From assembly GCF_036971445.1 (NCBI RefSeq), contig NC_091478.1, forward strand, positions 88,536,001 to 88,600,000: DNA of 64,000 nt. The letters are read 5' to 3'. The position numbers and the translations under genes were made by a program. This document shows, piece by piece, positions 36,701-50,656 of this stretch (position 1 is its first letter; the number at the start of each line of letters is the position of its first letter). The notes beneath the pieces were generated by a model that saw only the letters and a list, made by a program, of their open reading frames with translations, ran no database searches and was not told the DNA's origin. Origin of the DNA: Narcine bancroftii. Taxonomy: Eukaryota.

Positions 36701-39095
36701 TGGTGAGGATATATCCTGCATGTGTGGTAACTAGGTCTGTTACAAAGGAAATTATGATAGCGAAGAAAATCCAGTTGATAGAGATTTGACCAGTACTTCT
36801 GAAGTACTTTTGAAAGAACAGGGTCATTGTGAGAGTGAGGATTTCTTTTTGTCAAGGAAAGAGTTCATTCAGCAATAGAAAATGGATGCAGATCTTGTTA
36901 GCTTAAGGGAGAAAGCAGTAACTGAACAGGAGAGTGAAGAAATGGCTTGTGGATATTACTTAAAAGGTGAAGTGTTGATGAAAAAATGGAGACCTCTTGA
37001 TATTCCTGCTAATGAAGAATGGGGAGTGATTCATCAGGTGGTTATTCCTAGAAATTACTGAAAGGAAATATTAGATCTAGCCCACAGTACACCTTTGGAT
37101 GGTCATCTTGGTGTAAAGAAAACTATGAATAAGATTTTGAAACAATTTTTCTGGCCTGGTTTTAGGAAGGATGTTCTAAGTTGGTGCCAGACATGTCACG
37201 TTTGTCAGGTTGTGGGGAAACCTAATCAGGGTCCTCCAGTGGCTCCATTACAACCTATTGCTGTTGTTGGGGAACTTTTCACTAGGGTTATTGTAGATTG
37301 TGTAGGTCCCTTGCCGAAAACTAAGTCTGGTAACCGGTATAACAATTATGTGTGCAGCGTCAAGATTTCCAGAGGCTATACCACTGAGAAATATTAAAGC
37401 CAAAGGTTGTAAAGGCTCTGGAAAGATTTTTTCACTGTGTTTGGACTACCAGAGTGATCAAGGATCTAACTTTATGTCTGGGTTGTTTCAACAGTTGGTT
37501 TATGAGTTGGGAATAAAGCAGATCACTTCATCTGCATGCCATCCTAAAACTCAGGGAGCTTTGGAAAGATTTCATTGTACAGAGAATGGAAAAGATTGAG
37601 ATGAAGGTATTAATTTATTGTTGTTTACAGCAAGGGAGGCTGTGCAGGAGTCATTAGGCATCAGCCCCTTTGAAATTGTGTTTGGACATCAAGTTAGAGA
37701 AACCTTTAATGTTGATAAGTGGGTTAATGAGGATGTACAGTTGAATTTTCTAGATTATGTTTCTAAATTAAAGGATAGGTTACATAAAGTGTGGACTTTG
37801 ACTCAAGAGAATTTGGAAACGGCTCAGAGTAAAATGAAGCGTTTATTTGACAGGAAAGCTCAGGTGAGGAATTTCAAAAAAGAAGTAAAGTTTTGATTTT
37901 GTTTCCAACACATGACAATCCTTTGAAAGCTAGATTTTTTGGACCATACACAATTAAATCAAAACTGAATGATGTTAACTATGTTGTTAACACTCCAGAT
38001 AGAAGGTATAAAACTCAAGTTTGTCACAAAAATATGTTGAAACCTTATTACGAGAATAAGGTTAGTGGAGAACAATCTGTATCAGAGGTGTTGGCTGTTG
38101 ACAGAGTGGAGGAAGTGGTGGATCATAAGATTATGGAAACAGAATCTTGTGAGGGTAACCTTAAAGAAACCATGGTTCCTGTGCACCTGTCTAACTCAAC
38201 AATTTTGGAAAATTTGGAAGAAAAGTTAGGCCATCTTAAGTTACAAGAGCAGCTGCAGTTGAAATAATTACTTTTGAAATGCACAAATTTGTTCCCTGAT
38301 GTCCAAAAAGGACATCAGTGATTTACCATGATGTAGATGTAGGAGAGACAAGTCCCATAAAACACCATCCATATAGAATAAACATTCAAAAGGGTAAAAT
38401 CAAGGATCAGGAGGTGGAATATATGTTGAGGAATGACATTATTAGAGCTTGGAACTCAGATTGGAGTTCTCTTTATATTCTGGTACCAAAACCAGATGGA
38501 ACTGTTAGGTTCTGTCCAGATTACAGGAAGTTTAATTCAGTAACGAAAAGAGATGCTTATCCTATTCCAAGAATAGATGACTATTGATAAGATTGGGAAA
38601 GCTAAATTTCTTACTAAGGTGGATTTGTTGAAGGGTTACTGGTATGTGCCTTTAACTGAGAGAGGAAAGAATATTTCAGCTTTTGTAACTCCAACCGGTT
38701 TATACGAGTATAATGTGTTACCTTTTGGCATGAAAAATGCCCCTGTAACATTCCAGAGGATGATTAATTTGGTTATCCAAGGGTTAACTCATACAGATAC
38801 TCATATTGACGAATTAGTCACAAAATGTGACACATGGGAAGAACATCTAAGGCAATTGGACAAATTGTTTGCAAGATTATCCAAAGCAAATTTAACTGTT
38901 AAATTTACACAAAGAGTCAATTTGCAAATTTACAGTAACATACTTGGGTCATGTAGTTGGTCATGGCAAAGTTACACCTATTCAAGCTAAGGTGAATGCA
39001 ATTTCTGAGTTTCCTGTTCCAAATAGCAAGAAAGCAGAGAGAAGGTTTTAGGAATGGCAGGATATTATAGGAAATTTTGCAGAATGCAATGGAAG
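33732..39095 (+). mobile_element. Gmr1-like Ty3/Gypsy LTR retrotransposon (5' LTR, SCAN-like gag, protease, integrase, RT), decayed and 3'-truncated
   Basis: The LTR ends cataaca at 34220, followed by a degenerate tRNA-Pro-type PBS tgggggctcatc (34226). Gag KAYELGPEAYRQKFR, zinc knuckle CHFCKKPGH, protease LRDTGAAQS, integrase GHLG..CHVCQ..VDCVGP..SDQGSNF (37.1-37.6 kb), then RT YPIPRID..DLLKGYW..PFGMKNAP (38.3-39.0 kb). Confidence 0.92.
35899..36604 (+). mobile_element. Solo LTR (706 bp) inserted in the Gmr1-like protease region
   Basis: TGTTACA...TGTAACA inverted termini, perfect 4-bp TSD AGGG (35895-35898 and 36605-36608), internal AATAAA. Confidence 0.9.
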
Positions 39096-42000
39096 TAAAC
39101 ATTTTTTTAATCCAGTTTTGAGCTATTAAAGAAACAAAGAATTTAATTCTACAAAAATGTACTATAGAAGAAGGGCTAAAACTTTATCTTATGCTATCCA
39201 GCCACTTTGAAAATATTTATTCCTGGCAGATAAAACATTTTTTAGTTGAACCAGAAAAAGCTAAACAGTTTGCTGAACAGTTGCCAGAAAATCAACAAGA
39301 AAAAGTGGAACAAAAGGACATCTGAAGTTGATATGCATAAATTTGTTTTGATTCAAAGAAATCTTACACTGTACTTATTATAGATGTTAAGGATTTGATT
39401 GTTTTAAGGTTTTAATTTTTTTGAAAATTTGTTTCTATATTTTCTGGGGTGAGGGCTGGGGAAGAAAGACAATATGCTGCAAGATTAGGTGACAACTTGT
39501 TTATACCACAACCCAAGATGTTAAGGGAGTTGTGGTTTTCTTACAAGTTAGTAAAGACAACTCAATTGGGGGATTTTTTTTTTCTTTTTCTAATTCTTAC
39601 TATCTTTATGCTACTTGTGTCAAAAATAATACTTTTCAAACTGGTATTTTTAGAGGAATAGAGTTAGAAGATTTGAAATGGTGGTACATAAAGAAATTGA
39701 GATTAATAAAATGAATACATTAAAATTTATAACTATTAACATTAATGGAATACAGAATCAGATCAAAAGGAAAAAATATTGACACTAATACAAAAAGAAA
39801 AAATAGATATAGCATTTATACAAGAAACACATTTAACAGAGGCAGAACATCTTAAACTGAAAAGAGGTTGGGTAGGTTATGTATTGGCATCATCTTATGA
39901 TTCAAAAGCTAGAGGAGTTTCTATCTTAATCAACAAAAATATATGTATTAAAATAGAAAAAGTAGCTACAGATCCGGCAGGTAGATACATCATGATAAAC
40001 TGTCAGATTTATTTGGAATCTTGGATACTATTCAAATATGCACCTAATGAGAATGATAAGAAATTTATGCAAGATTTTTTATATTTATTGAACACTTAAG
40101 GGCATATTTTGTTAGGTGGAGATTTTAATTTTAGTTTTGATTCTTTATTAGATAAAACTGGAAGAAATACCATAAAAGAATAAAGCAGCTAAACCTACAT
40201 TAAGTCTAATGCAAGATATGAAATTAATAGACATATGGAGAAAGAAACACCCAAAGGAAAAAGATTATTCATATTATTCCAATAGGCATAAAACCGACTC
40301 CAGGATAGATTTTTTTTAACTTTCTGCTCAAATACAAGGAAGAGTTCTGAATATAAAGCAAGATTACTATCAGATCATTCACCCCTATTACTAACAATTG
40401 CTCGAGAAGATATTCAACCTAAAAGATATAGATAGAGATTTAACTCCATGCTATTAAAAAGAAAAGATTTTTGAGATTTTATAGAGCATCAAATTAAAAC
40501 ATATTTGATATTAACTCTAATTCTGTAACAAAAAAAGTGATATTGTGGGATGCGATGGAAGCTTTCATTCAAGGGCAAATAATTAGTTATACAACCAAAA
40601 TTGAAAAAGAATACAGTCAAGAAACCGAACAATTAGTAAAAGATATATTAATTTTAGAGAAAGATTTAATAAAAACAAGAAGGCATAGACAAGAAAAGAC
40701 AATTGACAAAAAAAATTGAAATATAATACATTACAAACATATAGAGTAGAAAAAGATATGAGGACTAAACAAAGATATTACAAGGAAGGAGAGAAAACGC
40801 ACAAAATTCTGGCTTGGCAATTAAAAACAACAAGCAATAAGAACTATTGTAGCAACAAAGAAGGGAAACAATCAGATCTCATACCAACCACAAGAAATTA
40901 ATGATTTTTTTTTTAATTATGAACTATATCAATCCAAATGTTTAGGAGAAAGTTCTGAAATAGCTGATTTTCTGTCCCACATTGACCTACCTCAATTAGA
41001 TTTGGAGGAACGATACCAAACTGTCAAAGTCATTGACTAAAACAGAAGTTTATTAATGTCTTTCCCAAATAATAAAGTGCCAGGTGAAGACAGATTTCCC
41101 ATGGAATTCTATAAAACCTTCAAAGAATTATTAGTTCCATCCTTCTTAGAAGTATTAAAACAAGTGGAAGAAACTCAAGAATTACCTGAATCTTGTAAAA
41201 TGGCTATAATTTCAGTAATACCAAAAAAAAGGAAAGATCCTTTATTATCATCCTTATATAGTCCAATATCTTTGTAAATACAGATTACAAACTTATTGCA
41301 AAATTATTAGCAAATAGGCTAACAAATTATTTACCAAAATTAGTGAAATCAAACCAGACTGGATTTGTTAAAAATAGAATATCAGCTGACAATGTGTGTA
41401 AATTTATTAACTTGATTCATATGGCACAAACAAGGAAAGAACAAACTGTTGCAGTAACATTAGATGCTGAAAAGGCCTTTGATAGGCTTGAATGGAGTTT
41501 CTTGTTTAAAGTATTACCGAAATTTAAAGTACCAGGACAATTAATTAACTGAATTAAGGCTTTGTATAACAATCCTAAGGCAAGAGTATTGACTAACGGG
41601 TATATCTCAAATTCTTTCTCATTAAATAGATCGACTAGACAGGGATGTCCACTATCACCTTTCCTTTATGTTTTAGCTATAGAACTATTAGCAGAATTGA
41701 TAAGATCTGATGAAACAATAAAGGGAATAAAAATAAATGATAAATAATTTAAAATTAGCCTATTTGCTGACGATATTATTGTGTGCTTAAGCAAACCCAA
41801 AATGTAAATAAAGATGTTACACACTAAATTGAAAGAATACGGTGCAGTATCAGGATATAAAGTTAACACTGATAAAAGTGAAGTAATGCCAATGAACACA
41901 GCAGATTATACACATTGTAAACATTTTAAATGGTAGATGCAGGGCAATACATTATCTAGGTATTAGAATAGACAATAATTGAAATCATCCATTAAAATTA

Positions 42001-43626
42001 AACTATCAACCACTATTAAAAATGGAAAGACTTGCCTATAACTCTGATAGGGATGGTAAATTGTATAAAAATGAATATATTTCTGAGATTACAGTATTTT
42101 TTTTCAATCGTTACCTATTCCCTTATTCCAAAAGCTGAATAAATTAATAAGAAAATTTCTATGGAAGGTTCAGAAAGCGAGAGTGGCTTTGAACAAGTTA
42201 ACATGGTCTTATAAATAAGAGGGTTTGCAGCTATCAAATTGTAAAAATTACTATAAGGCAGCACAATTAAAATTTTTGTCAAACTTATATCAACTAGGGG
42301 AAAAACTAGCTTGGCTCAGGATAGAGTTATATAAATTAGAAGAGAATTTTTCTGAAAATGTAATTTATAAATGGAATGAGAAATTAGTAAGGAATAAAAA
42401 TACACCAATATTACATCATATATTTAAAATTATGGAGTAATATACATTTAGTAAGAGAGATGGTAAACTATCAACTAACAAATATGTTGTTAAAGCAAAA
42501 ACAATTAATTCCTTTTACAATGAACAATAATTTTTTTAATGACTGGACAGGAAAAGGAATTGAAAGAATAAAAGATTGTTTCTTGGGTAATATTTTAATG
42601 GCATTTGATTAATTGAAAGATAGATATGAAATATTAAATGACATCATATTTTCTTAGTATCAATTAAAACATTTAAAGGAGAAAATAGGAACAAGTTTAA
42701 GGCTACCTGAGTCAAGCTGTTTTGGATATATAATTATATAATTATAGACACATTGATAGTTAAAAAATTATTATAAATATGTATATTAAATTACAAAAAA
42801 ATAAAAATGATAAAGAAATGTACAAATCAAAACACATTGGGAAGAGGATTTAAATATACAGATAAAAAAACAAAACTTGGTCTGAACTATGTAATGGTAT
42901 GATAAATACAATAAATACTCGGTATATGGTACAATATAATTTGTTACATAGATTATATATTGCACCTCAAAAATTAAAAGAATGGAATCCTACATTATCA
43001 GATAAAATGATTCTGTTGCAAACAAGAGATTGGTACATTTGGACATGAGAGAAAGTAAAATTTTTCTGGAATGAATTGAATCTAATATTAAATCAAATAA
43101 CAAAAAGTAAAGTAGCTAAAGATCCAAAAAATTTTCTAAATAATATAAATTAAAACGACACAGTTAAAAGGCAATATATTATAATTGCTTGAGCAGCGGC
43201 AAAACAATGCATAGGAACAACTTGGAAAATGGAAGCATCTTTGAAAATACAGCGCTGGTACATAGAAATAGATAGTTATATTCCATTAGAAAAAATTACA
43301 TATAATTTAAGAGATCATTTTAGACAATTTAACACAACCTGGGAACCATATATAAAGTTCATTTGTGATTGTCAGACTTAAACCTCCAACCCTGAAAGGG
43401 TTAGTAAAATGTATGTTACCGAATATAATATATATATTTATCGAGTCAATAAAAATTGGAAAATAACCAGGTTACATTGTTTGGGGGGGGGGGGTAATTT
43501 TGGGGGAGGAGAGGGAGGACGGATGGGAGAAAATAGAAAATGTCATTGTATAGATATATGAATTTGCATAAACAAAGGGTATAGTTTTGAATTATTGTGA
43601 CTTATTAAATAAAACATTTTCAAAAA
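39096..43626 (+). mobile_element. L1-clade LINE, 5'-truncated and decayed (ORF1 end, ORF2 EN and RT, 3' UTR)
   Basis: IAFIQETHL, GGDFN, SDHSP, LDAEKAFDRLEW, RQGCPLSP and LFADD, with many stops and frameshifts. G-rich 3' UTR and AATAAA. Confidence 0.92.
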
Positions 43627-46600
43627 GTATATTACTGCATGACAAAAATAGTCCAAACTTGTCTTTACCACAAAATAAATGTATGTTGATTAAAATATCA
43701 AGTTTTGAAATTCACTTCCATCTGTGATGATCTAAGAACTGAGAAGATTTGCCTACACTTGCTGTCTCCAGAGCTTAGGAAGAGCAGAAGAGACGCGAGA
43801 GCCTTGTTTGACTTTCTGTGTGCTTCCTGGATCAATTTAGCAGACTATGCTGGAAGCTGTGTTGTGAACTGAGCAACTGTAGACATACATTTATTGTAGC
43901 CCAGAACAGCACAATCTGACTGGGTGGGTGTTTACTTTAATCATGTAAATATTTGTTTTTGTTATTAATTGTGTAATAAAATCATTTTATTGAACATATT
44001 GATTGGATAAGAATCTGATGGTAATAAATTTCTGCAAAATCAGCTTTATAAGGAAGGTAAGTCACAAACTTTTGGCCATTGAAGTATCACTTTTTTCTTC
44101 CACTAACTGCAACTGTGAATATTTTATCCTTTTATACTTATTATCTCTCTTCCTGTCTTAGCATATTGTAATTGAATGTATATTGTTGTATTTGGTGCAT
44201 CATGTACCTGCTTGGCTGCAGCCATTAGAATTTTGGTGCATCTATACTTAACTGTACTAGTTAGTGTACATGAACAAAACCGACCATCATCATCTGTAGA
44301 GATCTACTGTTTGCTGCTTCTAACCTTGAACATTGGACTTTAAGAACTTTTGAGCACCTGAAATTCTGGACAGCTATCTTCCACCTTGGCATATCTACTG
44401 GTCTTTGAAGACATTTAATGCAGAGGTTGATAGAAATATGGTTTACGTGGGTAGCTAAGAATGTGAAGTTGAGGGGACAATCAAAAATGATCTTATTAGT
44501 GGAGGAGTCGGCTTGTGGGACCAAATACCCTACTCCTGCTGCTCATCCATAGTTCATATACTTAAAAATCCTATCTTATAAAATGCCATTTTGTTTCCTA
44601 CTTTGAAAAATGCTTGAAGCATTAATAATGTTCGTTTGGAAATGGGGCAACTTCCCCAAACAAACTTAACTACCTGCAACATTTTTTTTTCCAAATAAAA
44701 CTTTTATCCGTTGCATTTTGATGTCGTTGCCATCATGTCACATGTAAGTGGGCAATATTTACAATTAGAGCAGATTTTACTCCTACAAAATCTCCCCCTT
44801 CAACAATCTTACAGAATCTGCACATGAGGAAATTCTGTATCACTTAGCGCAAAGCAGAGAGACTCCACACCAAGCGACTCATCTGTAAAATTGGTCCAAT
44901 TGCATATTCACTACAATCATCTGACCCACTCAACATTTCTTGTTAATTTTTTTTATGTCCTCAGCAATGCAAAGGGGTATTTTGTACTTGCATTGAAATT
45001 TGACTTGAATGGATATCAAAAATTAACAATGACCAACACATGACTTCCATCTTAGCAGCTAAGTATGATAACTGTGGAATGCTAGTGAGAATTTCTACAA
45101 CAAAGTATTCTGTATTGTCATTTAAAGGTATTGCTGACCTAAAGTTTCCCATTCATTTAAATCTAATAGGTGATCTGTAAGAATAATTGAGGTCTGGTTC
45201 AAACCAGACATTAGAAATCCAAATACTGTAAAACAAAGCCTAAATGTATGATTTAGCAAGTCCCACATTTAATGTCACAAGAATATTAGAATGAAATTTC
45301 CTATTTATCTTTGATTTAAGAAATCCTATTCAAATTTATACAACCAGACCAAACAGCAGTTCTCCGGTCTACTGTGCTCATACAATACACAGCAAATAAT
45401 AATCACACGCATAAAAATACAATTTAAAATAAAAATATATGAATATTTTGGGATGATTCTCTCACCGGATACTGTTTATCAATGTCACAGCCTGAAGGAA
45501 GAAGCTATTTCCCAGCCTGGCAGAACTGCCTTTGATGCTCCTGGCCCCTCCTTGACTCCTGGTAGTGAGTCAAAGATACGGACTGCTGGATGGAAAGAGT
45601 CCTCAAAAATTCTTTGACCCCCCCCCCCTCCTTAAATTACGCTCCTGGAAATGGAGACTCCATTGATCTTGGCCATCTTAATGATACTTTGTATGGACAT
45701 CCAATCCAATGCTTTGCAGCTACCGTACATTTTTTAAATTGTCCTTCCATAAAGCTGACAAATAATACGAATTATCAACCTACTCTATCAAAGGTGAGCA
45801 GCTATTGAGAGAAGAATGAAGAACAAAACATTATTATTACAGTCACTATTTTGTAAATTATATTATTTCTAAACGTGTCATGTTGAGCTACCAATATTTA
45901 ATCCAGAGTTCAGTTGTAATCCAAGACAGTTGATATATAAATCAAGATCATCAATAATTTATTGAGCTAATTTTTAGATTACATTTTGGAAAAACTGTTG
46001 GTGAATCTCTCTCTGTCTAAGCTCTGATAAGTAAGTTCTATGCAAAAAATGCTGACTTGAAATTTACCTCATATTTTTCCTTAATGAAGCAGTCTAATGA
46101 ATGACGATTATGTAGCTCATAATCCAAATGGGTTAAATTATCAGGTCAGAGTTAACACTTAGTGAGCATTAGTGAACTATTTATTTTTCTGTAGTGGTTT
46201 CCAGTGGAAACCTTATATACACTTTCCATGATCACTTTTGTTTGCATTTCTGTTTAGCTGTTACTGAGTTAATTGTTCATTGTTTAAATAGATTTCACAC
46301 TGATGTTAACTATTCTAACAATTCTCCTCGCTAAAGTAATTTTATTGTTTTTATAAATAATCCTGGTTTTTTTTAAAGTTCTTTTATTTGGCAGTGTTAA
46401 TCTGTTTGTCTTTACATTTTTGTTTGTCATCTTCTGAGAACCTTGAGACAAACTCACTTTTATATCTAACCATCCATGTTTCAAGAGAATGTACATTGTC
46501 TTAATTCTTAAACATTTTTGGCTTTGATTGTAATTTTAACTGTTAGCAAAATGCCAATAGTATATTGAAGCATTTGACCATCTGTTATTGAGGTTTCCTC

Positions 46601-46901
46601 AGGAAATGTTTTTAAATTTGTCTGCTTAAGTATTGAAAAACAGTAAAGTATGCAGATCAGCCTTTGGCCTTATTTACATAACTAGATCTTACCTTCTGAA
46701 TTTTACCATTTAATTGCTTTTTATTGGGAGCAGTAAATAAAATATAGTTTTAACGTGACCCAGACTTTTAAATTTCAAATTTACTGTTTTATGCAGTTGA
46801 CAGAATTGATTCTGTACATGTTCCTGTACAAAAGGTCCAACTCAAGTATTTTTCATGTTAAAATGGAAAACAATTGACTTGTACACCCTGTTGCAATCAA
46901 A

Positions 46902-49900
46902 ATCCCCTTTCACACTTGCATCCCACTAAATCGGCCGTTCGCTGTCCCGGGAGAGGAATGGGGGTTTGGCCTTTCACACTTGACCACTCCTAACCGGGAC
47001 ACTGAATGCTTTCACACTTGGAAGGGTTTACCCCCAGCGTTTGGTCTATTCTACCTTTAATCGGAATTGCTTACATGACGCAGCACACAAAAGTGATGTC
47101 ATCTCATTCTGTACAATGGCCGACCTCAGATAGATTGCCTCAGACAACTGGAAGATATATGAATCCATCACCAAACAATCAGGTCTTATCAGCCTCCTTA
47201 TCTGCAAGTTGGTGCAAAGAGATTGGCTGAGCTGAGAGTCAACCGTAAAAAGTGCTTGATTTTAATGAAGTATCTTTAACGGGTGCAAAATAGCAGAAGG
47301 ATGTGGAAGAGGGAGAGACCTCAGGGACTTCTATTCTTGGATCGTTTTTGAAAAATATGATGATACCCAGTGGCGTAAGAATCTACGAATGTCTCGTGCT
47401 ACATTTGATTTCACTGTTGGGATACTGGAGCCACACCTGAGGAAGAAGAACACAAAATGCTGAAGACCTCTGGAACCTCGGTCAGACTTGCACCAGCATT
47501 GTAGTGGTATGGCACTCCTGGAGAGTATCGTTACATCAGTGTGTTTTTTTTGGTGTTGGTATCTCCACTGTAATCATGGTGGTGAGGCAGGTGACTGCAG
47601 CGGTGAAAAAGTATCTCATGCCACGTTTCATAAGAGTGGCTGACTGTGGAGCGTCTTCAAGAGACCTTGGAAGCATTTGAAAGAAGGGAAGGTTATCAAA
47701 TGTGTGCCGGAGCCATAGATGGCACACTTATTCCCATCATTGCCCATAGGATGATCCAGCATCCTACCACAATCAAAAAGGATGACACTCCATCATTCTG
47801 CAAGCTGTTGTTGACCACAACTGGTGGTAAGGTTGATCTTTCCATTATTAACATTTATCCTCACTTGAAAATATAGCCATTAGTTGATTCAATTATGTGG
47901 GCTGTCCCAGTTGCATCCATGATTCTCGCGTTCTTGTCAACTCTCCGATATAAATAACTGATGAAGATGCAGGTGGTCACCTATTCCCCAGTGACGTAAG
48001 TGATTTCTGACAGCGCATTATGATGCCTTAACAAGTGCATGTGACCTGGAAGTGTGATAAACCCCAGTTTTGCCTCTTCCCTTCTGCTCCTTCTCACCCA
48101 CAGTATTTGATTGTATCACAAATCTCCAGAAATGTGAATGGTGTGGAAATACCTGCGCATTTGATCGGGAATCCGGCCGTCCCACTGCGAAAATGGTGGA
48201 AGAAGGGGTTCATGCAACATCACGTCATTGATCAACATAAGAGCACATTCAACTTCAGACTAAGTTCTGCTAGAGTGGTTGTGGAGAATGCATTTGGCCA
48301 TCTCAAAGGTCGCTGGAGGTACCTGTCCAAACTAATAGATATTAATACTACCTTTGTGTCAGATATAGCTGTTGCCTGCTGTGTTTTGCATAATATCTCC
48401 GAGCTTAAAAAGGAGCTCTTCCCGGAAGAGTGGAGGGCTGAAGTCTCCAATCTCCCTCTTCCAGAAAATGTCCCTTATAGTGGTGCCGCAGGCTATACGC
48501 GAGGCTATAATGACAGTCCTATGTGGAAATGAGGATAATGACTGAGTGTGATCCTATAGAAGTCTATAAAATTTTATTGCTCGTCCTTCAACATAATGCA
48601 ACTGTTAAATTCAAACTTTAAAATAGAAACTGTTTAATAACCATTGGAACTTTATGTACAACATCAATGTTAAACACAGACAATAATTTTCAATAAAAGG
48701 CAGCCCAAAAACGTTAACCTCTTTAAAACACATATTTGGCAAATTTTCATTTACATTGACCTTCAACTTAACTTCAACATAGTCCAGAATTGTAAATTTT
48801 ATAACTTCGGTGAAGAACAAAGGATATAAACCGATCACTCAACATTCTCGTCCTCCAGCAGGTGAATGCAGGAGCCGAGATAATGGCCAATAATGGCTTG
48901 ATCAGCTGAACCCTCAGTGCCTACAGGTGATTAGTGTGTCCCCCGGGGGTGGGGGGGGAAGGGGGGTTGATAAGGGTTGGGATGTAGACTGGGTGCACCA
49001 CTGGAGACAGAAGATGGCAGTGGGAAGGGGAATGCTGTGTAGGTTGGAAAGAGGGAGGAGAATGGAATGGGAAGGGTAATGGTGGTGCTCGGCAGGATGG
49101 GGTATGCAAGATACACATAGCATCATGGTGGCAGAGGTTGGTTGGAATGATGGCGAGGCTAGCGGGAAGGGGGAATGCAAGAGGCCTACCAAGGGTGTAA
49201 GGACACTGAATGGTGGAGGTCCAAGGTTGGATTCACCCAATCACTTCAATTGATGAGGCCAATCTGCTTATAACTACTGTCTGCCTGCATCTCCTGTAGA
49301 ATCTCTGTTATCAGGCTGCCAATCCTTCATTTTCAGCCTGGCGTGCCTGTTGCAGTGCCATCCATTGCTCCTGGATCAGCCTCTGCAATGCCTCAGCCTG
49401 TCTCTCCCTTCTGTCACGTAATCATTCATGGTCCATCTGGTCTATTTTGGCTAAGAGCACACGCATCTCATTTTCCTCCTCCTGCTACTTCATAGGCTTC
49501 TGTCTTCTCAGCCTCCTCTCACCTGCATATCGGTGAGACAAGTATGCGAATTAAATGCCATGCCCTCACCTTTAATTCAACCAAGATTTTTCTTTGAACA
49601 GACTAATTATGAGTCTTTATCAGCTTCCAATACAGCAGGAGGTGTTATCCCTGTATTATTGCCAGGTGATGTCAGATCAGTTCCCATCTGCTGATCAGCC
49701 AAGGTTGTGACAGGAGATGAAGTTGAGGTTCTGGGGGAGGGGAGGGCATCAGGAGCAGATGAGGAACCAGGGGTGGTTGATGGTTCTGTTGGAGATGAGA
49801 CACAAGGCGCATTCTGTTTGTGCACCTCACCCTCCTCATCCTCCACCTCAGGTTGCAAACTGGGTTGAGGGGATCGCACATCAGTAACCCCCCCCCACCT

Positions 49901-50656
49901 TCCTAGCCACAAGGTTGTCCACAAGGGCGAGAGGTGGCACCTGCCTGCTTGAACCCCAGTTGTCAAAAGCAAGATTAAAATAATCCAGTCCCAGCGGTCT
50001 GCGCCCATCCTCCCATTATGGTCCATGACCTGGAGCAGCCTCCTCCTGAGTGTTTTTAATTTGTGATGACCTGTGTCTGGTCCCCTTTATACCCCAGTTC
50101 CCTCAGCTTTGTGGCAAATCCCTCATAAAATCGGCCATCCGTAATTGTGCCCGTTAACTCATAACCTGATGCCTCCTCTAACCTTAGTGTTAGAAGCTGC
50201 TGCACCTCCCTGTCACCCCAGTTTGCAGAAGCCATTATTTTTGTTCTATTTTAACCTTTTTCACTGATTTGAACTTCTTTAAAGTCATCCCAAATAAATT
50301 CTGATCTTGTGAATCACAGCGCTTAACAAGTTCAGCCAGTGTGCCTGCTAACTTCAGAGGCGAGATGGAGGAGGAGTGTCTGGATTACCTTCACTCCAGC
50401 ATGTCTGCAGCTCCCTTCCACCCAGACCTTGACGTGATCACGCAAAAGAAATGATGTCATTTCAATCCCACAATGCAATCGCCTGTTTCACACTTGCCTG
50501 ACCACAACGCTGGCATCCGCAGGTGCCAGGGATTGTACTAGGGGTCGAGGCCACCAATCCCCGACGTGAGATGAGCTGATTTAGCTTTCATACTTCCCAC
50601 TGTAAAGGCCGATTGGCGATTGATTCCTGGGATCACTTGTAAGTGTGAAAGGGGCT
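46902..50656 (+). mobile_element. PIF/Harbinger DNA transposon, full length but decayed
   Basis: TIRs atcccctttcacact and agtgtgaaaggggct with 3-bp flanks AAA/AAA. The + strand carries a DDE transposase remnant (CAGAIDGTLIPI; FNFRLSSARVVVENAFGHLKGRWR). A convergent - strand Myb/SANT-like ORF starts at 50235 (MASANWGDREVQQLLTLR). Confidence 0.9.

Noticed and set aside
48035-48532. Host HARBI1 gene
   Set aside because: It lies within TIRs, has frameshifts and a substituted catalytic residue, so it is a transposon copy.
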